A DNA stretch of 63,924 bases, filler included, from Lenisia limosa (taxonomy: Eukaryota; Protista; Breviatea): NCBI GenBank assembly GCA_001655205.1. It is 15 parts of 15 records of this genome, joined end to end, with 100 filler letters (N's around TTAATTAATTAA, not from the genome) between each part and the next. Parts side by side here need not be neighbours in the genome. Positions count along the whole stretch, not along the records: positions 1 to 2,648 come from LPNZ01004328.1; positions 2,749 to 9,402 come from LPNZ01010794.1; positions 9,503 to 20,673 come from LPNZ01008185.1; 12 more parts are not named here. One strand, 5' to 3'. The translations under genes and the position numbers were made by a program. Below the pieces are notes generated by a model. The model did not search any database, was not told where the DNA came from, and saw nothing but the letters and a program-made list of their open reading frames with translations. Positions within the stretch are counted from its first letter, which is position 1; each line of letters opens with the position of its first letter. Shown here piece by piece: positions 1 through 12,600 of this stretch.

Positions 1-192
1 ATTTTTTTTTTCTCATTACTATAATATAATATATGTATTATATTGCTATGTATATTATATATAATAGTATATATTTCCAAGGGGGAGTATTGAAGGCTAT
101 GTTAAATTACCAGGTTGGAGGGAGGTGAGGCAATTCACTAGTCTTAATTTCCCCCTCATTTGAACGCATGCTCACCATCGTCATTCTTTCAG

Positions 193-330
193 CCACGCTC
201 GCACCTAGACCTCTACAAGTCCATGCAAGAGTTCCAAGTCAAGGGCTTACTGACACGATTCCTGCTCAACCCTGATCATCAGGCTTCCGACGTGCCTGCT
301 CAGAATGACGACACACTGGAGGAGGAGTGA
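193..330 (+). CDS. Probable terminal exon of an unidentified gene (PRSHLDLYKSMQEFQVKGLLTRFLLNPDH...EEE*)
   Basis: Pyrimidine tract plus AG at 191-192, then an open frame to TGA at 328-330. No family recognised. Confidence 0.4.
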   Translation, partial: PRSHLDLYKSMQEFQVKGLLTRFLLNPDHQASDVPAQNDDTLEEE

Positions 331-643
331 GGGGGGGGGGGGAGTCATCANNNNNNNNNNNNNNNNNNNNNNNNNNNNNNNNNNNNNNNNNNNNNNNNNN
401 NNNNNNNNNNNNNNNNNNNNNNNNNNNNNNNNNNNNNNNNNNNNNNNNNNNNNNNNNNNNNNNNNNNNNNNNNNNNNNNNNNNNNNNNNNNNNNNNNNNN
501 NNNNNNNNNCATTATCATCATCTTCATCACCAGCACTAACTTTCATAGTTTCTTTTCAACAGCAGTAGATACTTTCAAATCCTTCTTCAAAGACATGAGG
601 TGAGCGGATAGACTTAGCCTTGTTTTTAGCATCTTCCACCTAT

Positions 644-743
644 GGCTTCACTTTGGTTCAAAAAATACCTGTGAAATATCGATATTTTCGAATTTCAGTC
701 TTTTTTTGAACCAAAGTCTTTTTTTAAAACCAAAGTGAAGCTC
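644..743. mobile_element. MITE family D copy (degenerate)
   Basis: GGCTTCACTTTGGTTC...AACCAAAGTGAAGC terminal inverted repeats; internal sequence shared with other copies. Confidence 0.75.
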
Positions 744-1100
744 CATCCCCCCCCCCCCCCCCNNNNNNNNNNNNNNNNNNNNNNNNNNNNNNNNNNNNNN
801 NNNNNNNNNNNNNNNNNNNNNNNNNNNNNNNNNNNNNNNNNNNNNNNNNNNNNNNNNNNNNNNNNNNNNNNNNNNNNNNNNNNNNNNNNNNNNNNNNNNN
901 NNNNNNNNNNNNNNNNNNNNNNNNNNNNNNNNNNNNNNNNNNNNNNNNNNNNNNNNNNNNNNNNNNNNNNNNNNNNNNNNNNNNNNNNNNNNNNNNNNNN
1001 NNNNNNNNNNGAGATGCGGAGAGCACAGCTCAGAAGAAGAAGGAGAAAACAATGGACCAATGGCAAGGCTTGCAGAGGTGGGGGGGGGGGTCTGCAGTGC

Positions 1101-1245
1101 CTTACATTACTTACATTGCTTACGTAGCTTACATTTGCATATGCATCCACACTGCTTACATTGCCTACACTGCTTACATTGCTTACACTGCTAACATTTC
1201 TTACATTGCTTACATTACTCACATTGCTTACAATACCTACATTTA
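1101..1245 (+). repeat. 9-bp minisatellite, about (GCTTACATT)n
   Basis: Degenerate tandem units read directly from the sequence. Confidence 0.85.
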
Positions 1246-1479
1246 GATTTTTTTTAAGTAAAAATCAAAGGTAAATATATTAATTATGTGTGTTTTAAAA
1301 ACCAATTATTCTTTCTTTTGACTTTTGTTCAATACATAACTTGTTTTTCAAATTAATTAATAGCCAAAAACACTGCAATCAATTATTTGAACAGCTTTCC
1401 TTCCACAACATATTTAGTTCGATTCCTGCTTTAGCTTTTTTTTGTTTTTTACCCAATATATTTGCTTTTTCTTTTTTCA

Positions 1480-1589
1480 ACCGATCCCAACCGATCCACA
1501 AATCCAGATGGGTTGAAAATATGTTCTAGATCGGATCGGATCGGGATCGGTTGGAAATTGGGGCTGGATTGGTTGGATCGGATCGGTTC
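1480..1589. repeat. Inverted cluster of CCGAT/ATCGG motifs, possibly transposon subterminal repeats
   Basis: accgatcccaaccgatcc at the left and gatcggatcgg...ggatcggatcggtt at the right. Confidence 0.55.
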
Positions 1590-1933
1590 AAAAGTAATGC
1601 ACTACTTACATTGTAGGTACCAGTCCCACCGCAATGAGCCTCAGCCCGAAACAACCCCCCTGGATAATGACGGTTCCAACTCCCCCCGTGTGCAGATGGC
1701 TTTTTTGCCTCTTTGTTCAGAATATGCGAACATAACAATTTTGCAGCAAAGTCATTCTCCTGATACTTAAACAATGAAATAATACTCCAGGATATGTAAT
1801 TGCCGCATAAAATAGATAAATCATCTTAAATCAGACAGATAAAGCTATTCGCTAATAACACCCCAGACACTGCTCATAAGTTACTTCATATCGATACGTA
1901 TGATATTATGATATCATATTGAGTAATGCCCTA

Positions 1934-2468
1934 GACTACGCACGTTGCGACCCCTTCCTCAAAGCCGACGTTGTGGACATTCGATACCATATGGACACTC
2001 CAGGCCTCATCCCCGAGTCATCTGAGGGCAAATTTTCGAGGGAGACTGGTGGGAGTAAATATAAAAAATAAACAAAACCAAAAAAATAAAAAAGAACTGT
2101 TGGCTTAGCATTTTGAAGCACACAAGAGGTAAAAACAACATGGGGAGGGCAAGTGGACCCCCTCCCCTTCCCTGATACTCACCCGTGTTTGTTATTATAC
2201 TTGTTTTTTTTATTAATTTTGTTTGGAGTTTCAGATTATTCGGTTCGTGATNNNNNNNNNNNNNNNNNNNNNNNNNNNNNNNNNNNNNNNNNNNNNNNNN
2301 NNNNNNNNNNNNNNNNNNNNNNNNNNNNNNNNNNNNNNNNNNNNNNNNNNNNNNNNNNNNNNNNNNNNNTTACGCACGGGCCAAACTCAGACCGGGCCAG
2401 ATACTTCATGATGCAGCACTTCTACCCATGGGACTACGAGTCCATGAAGCCTTATACGGCAGTTTCGG
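1934..2468 (+). CDS. Exons of an unidentified gene (DYARCDPFLKADVVDIRYHMDTPGLIPESSEGKFSRET; YARAKLRPGQILHDAALLPMGLRVHEALYGSF)
   Basis: Protein-like open frames bounded by AG/GT or a gap. No family recognised. Confidence 0.4.
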
Positions 2469-2648
2469 GTGGGGGGTGGCTAGATGTGTTGGATATAGAA
2501 TCAGGTTAAATCTGGCTGAAGCCGTTGACACTATCACGTTATAGAGATATTGAATTATTAACGAACTTATAGTGATGTTGTGTTTGAGCCTTTTTTTTGA
2601 AATGTTTTGGCAATATTAAAGTCCCCACGACTGGCCTGACCTTTGTTT

Positions 2649-2748
2649 NNNNNNNNNNNNNNNNNNNNNNNNNNNNNNNNNNNNNNNNNNNNTTAATTAA
2701 TTAANNNNNNNNNNNNNNNNNNNNNNNNNNNNNNNNNNNNNNNNNNNN
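2649..2748. other. Artificial contig-joining spacer, first of 14. TTAATTAATTAA cores start at 2693, 9447, 20718, 24842, 28358, 29889, 38724, 48356, 49791, 56742, 57853, 59470, 61377, 62855
   Basis: Identical 12-mer giving stops in all six frames, centred in N runs. Where counted, 44 N + 12 + 44 N = 100 bp. Confidence 0.97.
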
Positions 2749-5690
2749 AGCAGAATTGAATGATGCCCGTGCGTCTGGGTCTTCAGAAGCCTCGGACATT
2801 CGACAGGTGGATGTGGCTAGTATTTTGTTGAAAGTTTCCAATCAATTACAATAATTAGGAAATATAAAGGTGACTTTTCTCGCTTAAAAGTTCCCAATTT
2901 TTTATTTTTATTTATTTTTGAAATATATATATATTTTTATTTTTTTCTGCACGAAATATCGTTTTTTTTTTTTCCTTGATGTGTTTGNNNNNNNNNNNNN
3001 NNNNNNNNNNNNNNNNNNNNNNNNNNNNNNNNNNNNNNNNNNNNNNNNNNNNNNNNNNNNNNNNNNNNNNNNNNNNNNNNNNNNNNNNNNNNNNNNNNNN
3101 NNNNNNNNNNNNNNNNNNNNNNNNNNNNNNNNNNNNNNNNNNNNNNNNNNNNNNNNNNNNNNNNNNNNNTGCCACAGTTTTTTTTTTGTTGTTGTTTTTT
3201 TTGTTTGTTTGTTTGTTTTTTGTCACCTTTGTTCAAAAATATAGCATTATATATCATATGATAAACAGTGTTAATAAAACTATATGATGTATAATTAGCG
3301 CATATCATATTTTAGAAGTTGAAAGCTCTCACCCACTAGGTAAAACAGCTACCGCATCAACCACACGCATGCCGATTTTCTCTGAAACCAAGCCGCGTAG
3401 TGCTCTGAGAAGCTCGGGTGACTTCCACTCCGCAAGGGTGAGGCAGTTTCACTTTTTTTAATAATATTGTTATCGTTTGTTTTATTTTTTATTATTTTTT
3501 TTGTTTTTCTTTGTGATATATCAGTTTATTTTTCTCAACTACACCAGTATTTACTCGCTCTAATTACTTCCAGGTTGATCGCCAAGCATCAATAGTTAAG
3601 GATATCGCACAAGAGCAGAAGGAAACTTTGGTGGTTCAAGGCGCTCGACCATCAACACAGTTGGTTTTTTGGTTTTATCATATCCGAAATCATCTCATAG
3701 TAAGGTAAAACAAAAATAATCAATATAACAAAACAGGGAGTCGCGATCAACCTCAAGACCCAGTACCCGACCAAACTCCAAGGGAAGGGTTACATCTGCA
3801 AAGTTGGGGGGGGGGGTATTGATAGTAATATCCATTAATCCCATTAGTTCTTTGGGGTTGTTTAACTTGATGTATAATCCATTTTTCAATGGTTAAATAC
3901 TAGTGTATATACATATTACAAAATTCTCGACAAGGAATATTATTTCATGATCTAATACGCCGGTGTAGAAGGGGGGGGGGGGNNNNNNNNNNNNNNNNNN
4001 NNNNNNNNNNNNNNNNNNNNNNNNNNNNNNNNNNNNNNNNNNNNNNNNNNNNNNNNNNNNNNNNNNNNNNNNTCGCCTTCAGATGTCGCACCAGCACTTG
4101 GTATCCATAGACTTCATACGGAACTATCTGCTCTGAGAAGACAGGTAAGTGGCTAAATTTTTTTATTGTGTCTGTATTGGATCTTGTTCACTTGTACTAC
4201 AAAGGGTTAGTAAGTTTGCACCTCCATCTGCAAGAGCCAATTCCAAGTTTGATACGACAAATTGTTTAAGATACTCTTGGCTGTAATTCTATCCCTCACT
4301 TGTACACAACTCACTAATTAGGAGAGTTACGAGGAGCTTGAAGCTTCAAAAGATGTTATGGAAGGCAGGATTTCTGAAATTTCTGATCTTCTCCAAGCGG
4401 CCAAGGTATCTAGTTTGTATTGAAAGACACATAGTACATATCATACTCGATTGTTAAATAACCGTGGTTGAGTTTGAATTCACTGAATCAAGGCTGAAAA
4501 GGACCTGCTCACTGAGGAACTAGCGCGAAAGGCCGAAAGAGAGGCGGTATGCTGGGTTTTGAGTTACTGCCTTATTATTCTGAGTTATATCATATGTATT
4601 CAATGCTTACTCTTGTCTTTTTCATCACTATTCAGTCACTGGTTGATGATCTGACTTCTGCCCATTTGGCACGTGACCGTGTTTCTGAGGCCCTTAGACG
4701 ACAGGTAGTCTTGGTCTTCTGTTTTTTAACCAACTTTAAGTATAGACTTTGTGGTTAGGTTTCTCATTTCCAGGTTGCCCATGAACAAGCAGTCAGCAGA
4801 CAAGTTCAGGGAGCATCAACACACGAGAGAGAAAGTGGGTTATTGCTAAAATTTAAATAGTTTCTCATAACAAAAAAAATGGTTTGACTACTGTGACTTT
4901 TATTTACCATAAATTTTTCAATTTACCCTTCCCCCCCCCCCNNNNNNNNNNNNNNNNNNNNNNNNNNNNNNNNNNNNNNNNNNNNNNNNNNNNNNNNNNN
5001 GCCGCCGGAGCAACCGAGGCGTCCACGCGCTTTGCTGAACGTGAAGCTGGACTTTTACGCGAAATATCGCGCCTCAAAGACCTTGTTCATCGCCTTGAGT
5101 CAGCAAAAGTGCCATTATCAACCAACAAGTTCCATGACCAAGAGGCTCGACTTCAGCTTCTTCTTGAAGGCGTCATGGCTCAAGGCCCCCGAGTGGAACA
5201 ACCAGCACCCCCGCCAGTCTCAACGTACAGCGATCATGTCAGTGCAGTGTCTGAACAAAAAGGTGGCTTCATTAGCATTTCTGCCACTAAGGCCGACCGG
5301 GTTCATCAGCGCCCTTCAACGCAGCCAATTCATACCCGTACAATCGGCCAGCCACCCAAGGCCAAAAGTCCTACCTCAGTGGGGGCTCTGTTTCTCTGCT
5401 ATAGGACTTGACTTTTTTTCGGTTCACAGTGATAACCAGACCCTACCAGGGATATATTTATTATTCACATTGCATCTCTCTTTTGAGCAACGTTACTAAC
5501 GTGATAGGTGTTGCCAGAAATATCGCCAAGATATCGCTATGCTCAAGTGACGTCGCTACCGTCAAGAGACCCGGGACTGGCGCACTCATCAAAGCCGCAA
5601 CAGCACGAGTCTCCTCCACAGGCCATTGACGTGGTACCTCCATCTTCACCTATTGGCAAAGATATTGCAAGCATCCTACAGCCGGCATGT
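2749..5690 (+). CDS. Multi-exon coiled-coil protein with a Pro/Ser-rich tail, unidentified, partial
   Basis: Successive AG/GT-bounded exons: ESYEELEASKDVMEGRISEISDLLQAAK / AEKDLLTEELARKAEREA / SLVDDLTSAHLARDRVSEALRRQ / ...REAGLLREISRLKDLVHRLES. Confidence 0.7.
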
Positions 5691-7282
5691 ATGGGGGTCG
5701 TTCTTGCTTGTTGTCACCCACCCAGCCTACTCCAAACGTGTATATTATGAAATAATCCTGAAAAGTTTGACTTCCCTCACTTCTTAGCCTCTCTTGGTAT
5801 GGCCCCATTCGATCTGGTCTTAGATTTTGGCAAAACTCAAGTAGGACATTACACTTTTTACACTGCATTTGGTATTCTCTCTAACCAATAAGAAGACAAC
5901 CGCACGTAACATCATACATGGTACCCCTGTGAAAATGGACCTTGCTGCCCCTGTATGGCGCCCCATGCCACCCCAGCCGGCTGCTGATCAACCCGGCGGG
6001 TAGGCCACCATTGGCATTTTATTTCGCATCCCTTCCGTGTTGCCCTATAACCCGGTAAAGACTTAGAATATCTTGTCTAAAGTATGGGTTCTTCTGCCAT
6101 GCCATGTTTCTCATTTTCTAGGCCATATCCATCTTACCCCGTCACTGGCATTGGAATGAAACTTTCCAAATTTGGAGTAAGCACCTTGACCATACGATTC
6201 ACAGTATTTTAATATTGAAAGTTACTGAACTAATTTGACTTCAAACAGCAGACCCACTTCACACCGAAACAAGCCCCATCCACTGCCGTTAACCAAACAA
6301 AACCCCAAGCCTCTGCCCATAACCACCCTCCGTGAGTTGCAAGGATAATTGCCTGCGCAGAAAAACAGCATTTTCGCGGAATTTTCCCGGAAAAAACTGG
6401 GGGGAATCAGCATTTTCACGGATTTTCGCGGCGCTCTACAATATTTTCCATTGTTTTTGTATTGTTTTTGTTGAAAAATGTGGAATGTGTTTTTTTCACA
6501 TTTTTTTTCCATTTTTTTTCACGGTAACAGGATTTTTTTCAATTTTTCTTATTCTCTATATTTCAGTAGCTGGTTGATCGCTGTATTAAAAAATCTTCTC
6601 TAGTGATCATCAAAATTTTAACATTGATTAATAGACATTTTTTGGACTTAAAATCACTAGTTTTGGATATTTTTTCTTCGCTGCGCGGCTTTTCTGATCC
6701 AAAAGTCCGTTTTCGCGGAAATTTGCGGACCCGCTGTGCGGGTAAATCGGGCATTTTTCTTGATTATTTTTTCATAATGTCCCTTATACAGCAGACTGGT
6801 CCCCTCCCCTCCAACCCATATTCGATCTGAACCTTCAACCCCCCGCACTTCCCGGCCAAATGCACCGATCACCTTGCCGCAACAAGGTGAAGGGTTTGGG
6901 ATCTCAAATCTCAAAAATATCCTAAAAAAAAATCCCCTTTGCTATCTGTTCACCTCTCAGGGCAAGGTGATGATGAACCAGCACCATCTGCTTGGTAGTG
7001 ACGTATTTATTTCTACTGTCTATGTTTATCATGAAAGTGTTGACTTCATTTATCTCGTGCGATGGTTTTGATAATTTCAAAGATTGATATGAAAGCTGAT
7101 CAATTCAGGCTGTGTAATACACAATCTTGAGAACCGGGGGGGGGGGGATACNNNNNNNNNNNNNNNNNNNNNNNNNNNNNNNNNNNNNNNNNNNNNNNNN
7201 NNNNNNNNNNNNNNNNNCACATAAAATCAGTAAAATACAACTCTAAAACTCTACAACTCTACAAATCTACAAATACTAAAAC

Positions 7283-9000
7283 CTAAAACTCTTTGTCAGT
7301 CTCGGAAAAGTCTGAAGCAAAGTCATCCAAATCAGCATCATCCTCCTCAAGGTCTTCATTCTGTGAGTCGTCGAAAGCTTGGTTGTCCGACAGGTCTGTT
7401 GATATTGCTGACGAATTGAGTGACGAATTGAGCGATGGATTCAATGAGGAATTGAGTGAGGAATTCAGCGGATTATTGATGTCTGTCAATGACGAAGGGA
7501 CCGTAGATGGTACTGGGGCGTTTGTGAAGTACGACGGCTCCAAATGGGGAGAATCAGGCTCTAAAACTATTAGAAACACTTCAGCTAAATAAAGTTTAGC
7601 ACTGGGAATTAAAGGGAAAGAAGGTAAACACACACATACCTCCAAGAATATCGAAATCATTATCAGAGTTACCCTCCTCTTCTTGAAGTGGCTGTTCAGC
7701 AGGTTTTTCAGTAACCAGCTACACATGTTAGAGAAAAGAGGTTGCATCACATAGTAGACCTGTAATATGCATTTGATTCATTTTTATAATGTCCAAATTA
7801 ACCCTACGTCTTTGGCTTGTTCATAGAACGGAAGAATAAACTCTGCAAGTTCCTCCTCGGAATTCTAAAAGTATGACAATACAAACAAAAAAAAAACTGT
7901 CACACCCAGTGGTATTACAAATAAATACCTAAATACTGAAAAATAATGAGCTTACACAATTGAAGGCAGCGGCCACATCAAGGAACATGTCGAAATACAT
8001 ACTTGAATGAAGAACACTTGCAATCCTCTGCGGCTAAAGGCGTCATTACAACGACTGCTTCCTACACCGGCGTATTTGCAACCCTACCTACTCTCAATTT
8101 CTCATTTCATCATTACAAGATATCACATGACACCTTAACCTTCTTTCAACCTACTACGAAAAAATCATCCCCTCTCAAGGAATAGATTCCTAGACCCTTC
8201 TCACAGATGCTCTGCTATTACTGCTGAGACCTGCTGCTCGAACTGCTATGTCACAAACCATCCACTCCATCAAGTGGCATATCAGGTATTTGCAGTCCGA
8301 AGATATTCGCTGAAGATAAAAGTTAACGAGGAAGTAATACGAATGGCAAAGTAACCAGCACAAAAAAGGACATANNNNNNNNNNNNNNNNNNNNNNNNNN
8401 NNNNNNNNNNNNNNNNNNNNNNNNNNNNNNNNNNNNNNNNNNNNNNNNNNNNNNNNNNNNNNNNNNNNNNNNNNNNNNNNNNNATGGGAAGTACAGGAGA
8501 AGTAGGGCTATCATCGTTTGTCTACACTATGAACAAAAAAAACGTCGATAAACATACACACAGTTGTAATAACAGTCATTTAGACGAAAATAAAAACATT
8601 TGCTGATCAGTATATTATTTTCTGAGTCTTAAAACGCGCATCCGAAACACTGTCCACTATGTATTGGATCTGTAAGAATGTTAGATTTCTTAAAACTTCT
8701 ATTAGGCCTCCACTTCGGTTCAAAAAAAAAGAGTGAAGTTCTCGATAAATCCTGGAAAACTATCTATATGTTCCCGAACTGAAGTGAATATTACTTACTT
8801 CTACTTGTGAAATAATAATAAAAAAAATAGTATCCCCACAATTTGTTTGACTTTGGACCAAAGATTTTTGACGTCCATCATATCGCCATCTTGATCCTCA
8901 TCCTCATCCTCGTCCTCCTGATCATCGATATAATCATCATCGCTGTCGTCGTCATCAAACCTAAATGTATTAGTGCATAGTCTGCCTGTAATATCATGGA
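7283..9000 (-). CDS. Multi-exon gene with acidic N- and C-terminal tracts and a possible H2A-like histone-fold segment
   Basis: Four consecutive phase-0 exons splice in frame: RISSDCKYLICHLMEWMVCDIAVRAAGLSSNSRASVRR / RIASVLHSSMYFDMFLDVAAAFNC / NSEEELAEFILPFYEQAKD / VYYVMQPLFSNMCSWLLKN. The acidic last exon ends at 7283. Confidence 0.65.
8705..8788. mobile_element. MITE family D copy (degenerate)
   Basis: TA|GGCCTCCACTTCGGTTC...CGAACTGAAGTGAA. Confidence 0.7.
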
Positions 9001-9643
9001 AAGTCTGCCCGATGGTTATAAACAAAAGCTGAGAAAAAAGAAAGAATATTCATCATGCGGAGCTACAATAATTGGCGTATTAAAATATTACGCGCCAACC
9101 ATTCATGGTCTGAGAAGTAGCCGACACCAAGTCCGTCCTCCTCTTCCACATCATTAACCCCCCTCATTTAGAGAGCTCCTGGGTAGTAAATCTTCAAGTT
9201 GTGGGGAAAGAAGAATAGTATGAGGTTGCACCCAAGGCGCTTTGGTTCCCTTGACAAATCGGAACCAAAGGAGAAACAAAAGATAACTTAACGAATATAT
9301 GCTTTCAAGACAGTATATCCCAACCTACCTACCTTCTTAATACCAGAGGAAACAAGAGCAGCTATTCAGTTTGGAGGGAGTAATATGCGGGAGAGGGAGA
9401 AGNNNNNNNNNNNNNNNNNNNNNNNNNNNNNNNNNNNNNNNNNNNNTTAATTAATTAANNNNNNNNNNNNNNNNNNNNNNNNNNNNNNNNNNNNNNNNNN
9501 NNAAACTCAATGGGTTTTTTGATAATGAATCTTGGCAAAGGTACCCTGTTAAAAGCAAAAAGGGGAATGTAGAGAGCACACGACTTTGATATGCCCTATA
9601 TCGGCACCATTGGCTTAACAAACGAACAAACACACTACCTGAG

Positions 9644-12600
9644 GAGGGTGGGCAGCTGGGCTTCAAGCGTGCCCTCAGGATGCGAGGCAAGGACCGAAGC
9701 CAGGGCTGCAACGTCAGCATGGAGTATTTGTTTCGTTGTAATGTATTGAGGGGGCAGATACAACTCATCCTGCTCATATCGATATTCCCTCTAATACCTA
9801 AAAAGCTACAGCCCCTGTCCATCATAATCTATCGCAACCACCAACCCTGGGCGCATCCCAGCCTGGTGACTGGCGACTCTTGGTGGCGCACGCCCTTGAT
9901 GAGCCATTTGGTCAGGTCTCCGAAGGCACTCTCGCCAAGGGCCTGGGGGGAGGGGTGACGCGAGGGAAATGTTGGTGTAAAGGTACTCGAACTGATGCAG
10001 AATAGACGCAAAAAAACAACATTAAAATGTCGTTTTAATGAGTGTTTATCAATACCCAAAATTATCCTCAAAACATGCCCATAATACAGCTTTCAACAGT
10101 TACTATCCAGGGCCCCAACCTTGACCATGGAGCCGTAGGTGCGAGAAGCTGACGTACGGACCTCGGGAATGGAATCCACAACAGCGTCCTATTATGATAA
10201 GTTGCAAATAAACCATCCTAATATGGAAAGTTGTGTAACAGAACAGCATCCCTACTCTGAGGAGGGGATCAAGAGTCGCAATATAGGGCTGGAAATCGAG
10301 GGGTTGTGACAGGAGGACAATACGACCAGTGATAAGGGTGGCCTTTTGCTTATCATCTGAGGAGCGAGAGGCAAGGCCGGTCTAAGAGGGACGTTAGCAA
10401 GCCGGTCAGGTGCAAGAGTATCCTTGTTTGAGGGTTTTCTGTCATTTGTGTGCCGTACGCATGCAGCCTTTGAGCTATTTTCAAACAACACTTTTCTGTA
10501 TTACAATTAAGATATGCATGAAATGACAATGTAGCACCCCCCCCCCCNNNNNNNNNNNNNNNNNNNNNNNNNNNNNNNNNNNNNNNNNNNNNNNNNNNNN
10601 NNNNNNNNNNNNNNNNNNNNNNNNNNNNNNNNNNNNNNNNNNGGAAAGGGAGGGAGCGTCAATAGTGTGCATCAGACCTAGGCCTAAAATGTCAACGGGT
10701 GGAATACTGAAAAGTATAGTTCAGCACTCCAGCCCGCACCAAGGCGCTCATATTAATCCCAAGGATAGCCATAGTACCCACCCACCCAGGATAGATTCGA
10801 GAGCGTCGGTGGTGGCCTTTCCAGGGTTCTCAATAGCCTTCAGGAACGGCTGTATTGTGAAAAATGAAGCAAGGTCTGACAAAAGCCATCCGCTATGGGT
10901 TATGAGTGGATTGCGATCTGCATGAGAATCACAAGAGTTGTAAGATTCCATGACCCCTCATTGTTCCATTAAAAGACTTAGTGTTTTACTCTGCATCACA
11001 CCAACACCATCAACACCGCATTTCAATCCCCCCCCTCCCCACGTTGACCATGCCTCTCAGTTCAGGGTTGGTGATTACAGAGGCAATGCGGGAGAGTGCC
11101 GCACGTCCGGCGTCTCTGACCTAGGAAATTACAAACGGAATTACATGGGAAAATGCAATGCCATTCATTTGTGCATAAGAATCAATTTTGACACAAAAAA
11201 AAAAAACAAACATCGTCGCATGACCCTTAAACAAAACAGCCTCCTCCNNNNNNNNNNNNNNNNNNNNNNNNNNNNNNNNNNNNNNNNNNNNNNNNNNNNN
11301 NNNNNNNNNNNNNNNNNNNNNNNNNNNNNNNNNNNNNNNNNNNNNNNNNNNNNNNNNNNNNNNNNNNNNNNNNNNNAAGACGAAAGCTGTTTAGGGGCAC
11401 AATGTGCCATCAGAGCAAGGAGGGACACGGCTCTGGGGTGAGGGGTGAGGAATAACAAAAACAAACACAGCGATAATACACTCGGGTGTCGAAATGTAGA
11501 AGAGAACGTGACAACCATTGCCATATAAGTCCCCTGACCCACCCAGCCCGGGCTCTCCAAACGTCATCTTCTGAAGCCTCCAACAGGGTGGGGAGGACTG
11601 TGGTGTGAGAAACACAGTATTACTGATATGGCTATGGCAAGATCAAAGTGTTGAAAAGCTAAGTCATGACTCCCTTCGACGTCAAAGAGAGGGGAAATGA
11701 GCAAGTGTACTTTTGATAAAGAACAAAGCGTTTCAAAGTGAGGCAGGCATTCGTGAATTTTGAAAATTAAGACTACCCCCGCACCAAGCTTGACACCATG
11801 GCCAGAGACTACCCCCGCACCAAGCTTGACACCATGGCCAGAGAGTCGGGACATGATAGTGGATGAGGCGCTCTCGGCAGCCTCACGAACGTTCCTTGAC
11901 GAATCGCCCAGGGCCACAAGGAGCAGATTTATGCACTTGCCGACCTGGAGTGTCAGAAGCAATAACATGACAAGGGACGTACAAAGAGGCTTAACATGAC
12001 AAGATGCCATAAAAAGATGCTTGGCGCGCTCTTTTCTGGAAAAGAACATACAGAAAAAGAGCATTATAAATAATCATCATGCCTAATTACTTTGAGAATC
12101 AGCAACAAGCAACACCCTTACATGAGGCTCGAACAGACGGCCGAAAGATGAGCTAAGTGCTTCATAGCAAAGGAAGGCTCCTGCATGGTCAAGGTTTAGG
12201 AGTAACCCACTCAAACAAGATCTTTATTAACCCAGTTTAATACCCCCCCCCCCCACCTTGTCTCTTCTTTTCGTCCTTCTTCGCCTCAGTCATTTCCTTG
12301 AGGTGGTCCATGATGCCGTACTCCTTGAGGGACCTGGGGAGGTGAACAGGCCGTCAGCACCATTGTTGGCAGGCAAGATAAGGGTAAGAACTGAGGGGCA
12401 AACGGGGTGTGAAATTTGTTTTTAAAAACACAATATAGTATCCTATGATATATTTCGTATAGCTATACAAAAGGGTGCAGCAATTTAGAAGAACTCATCC
12501 CTCAATGAGGCTGGTATCAGTCTATCCCTCTCTGAGGCTGGTATCAGTCAACCAGGCTCAGGCCATTATTAGTAACCAGTTGCTGGTCAGATCTATCATG

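Noticed and set aside
2693-2704. Recurring TTAATTAATTAA as a biological motif
   Set aside because: Always centred in a 100-bp N spacer and encodes stops in six frames; it is an assembly linker.
7293-7592. Plus-strand Ser-rich ORF
   Set aside because: Antisense shadow of the low-complexity last exon of the minus-strand gene.
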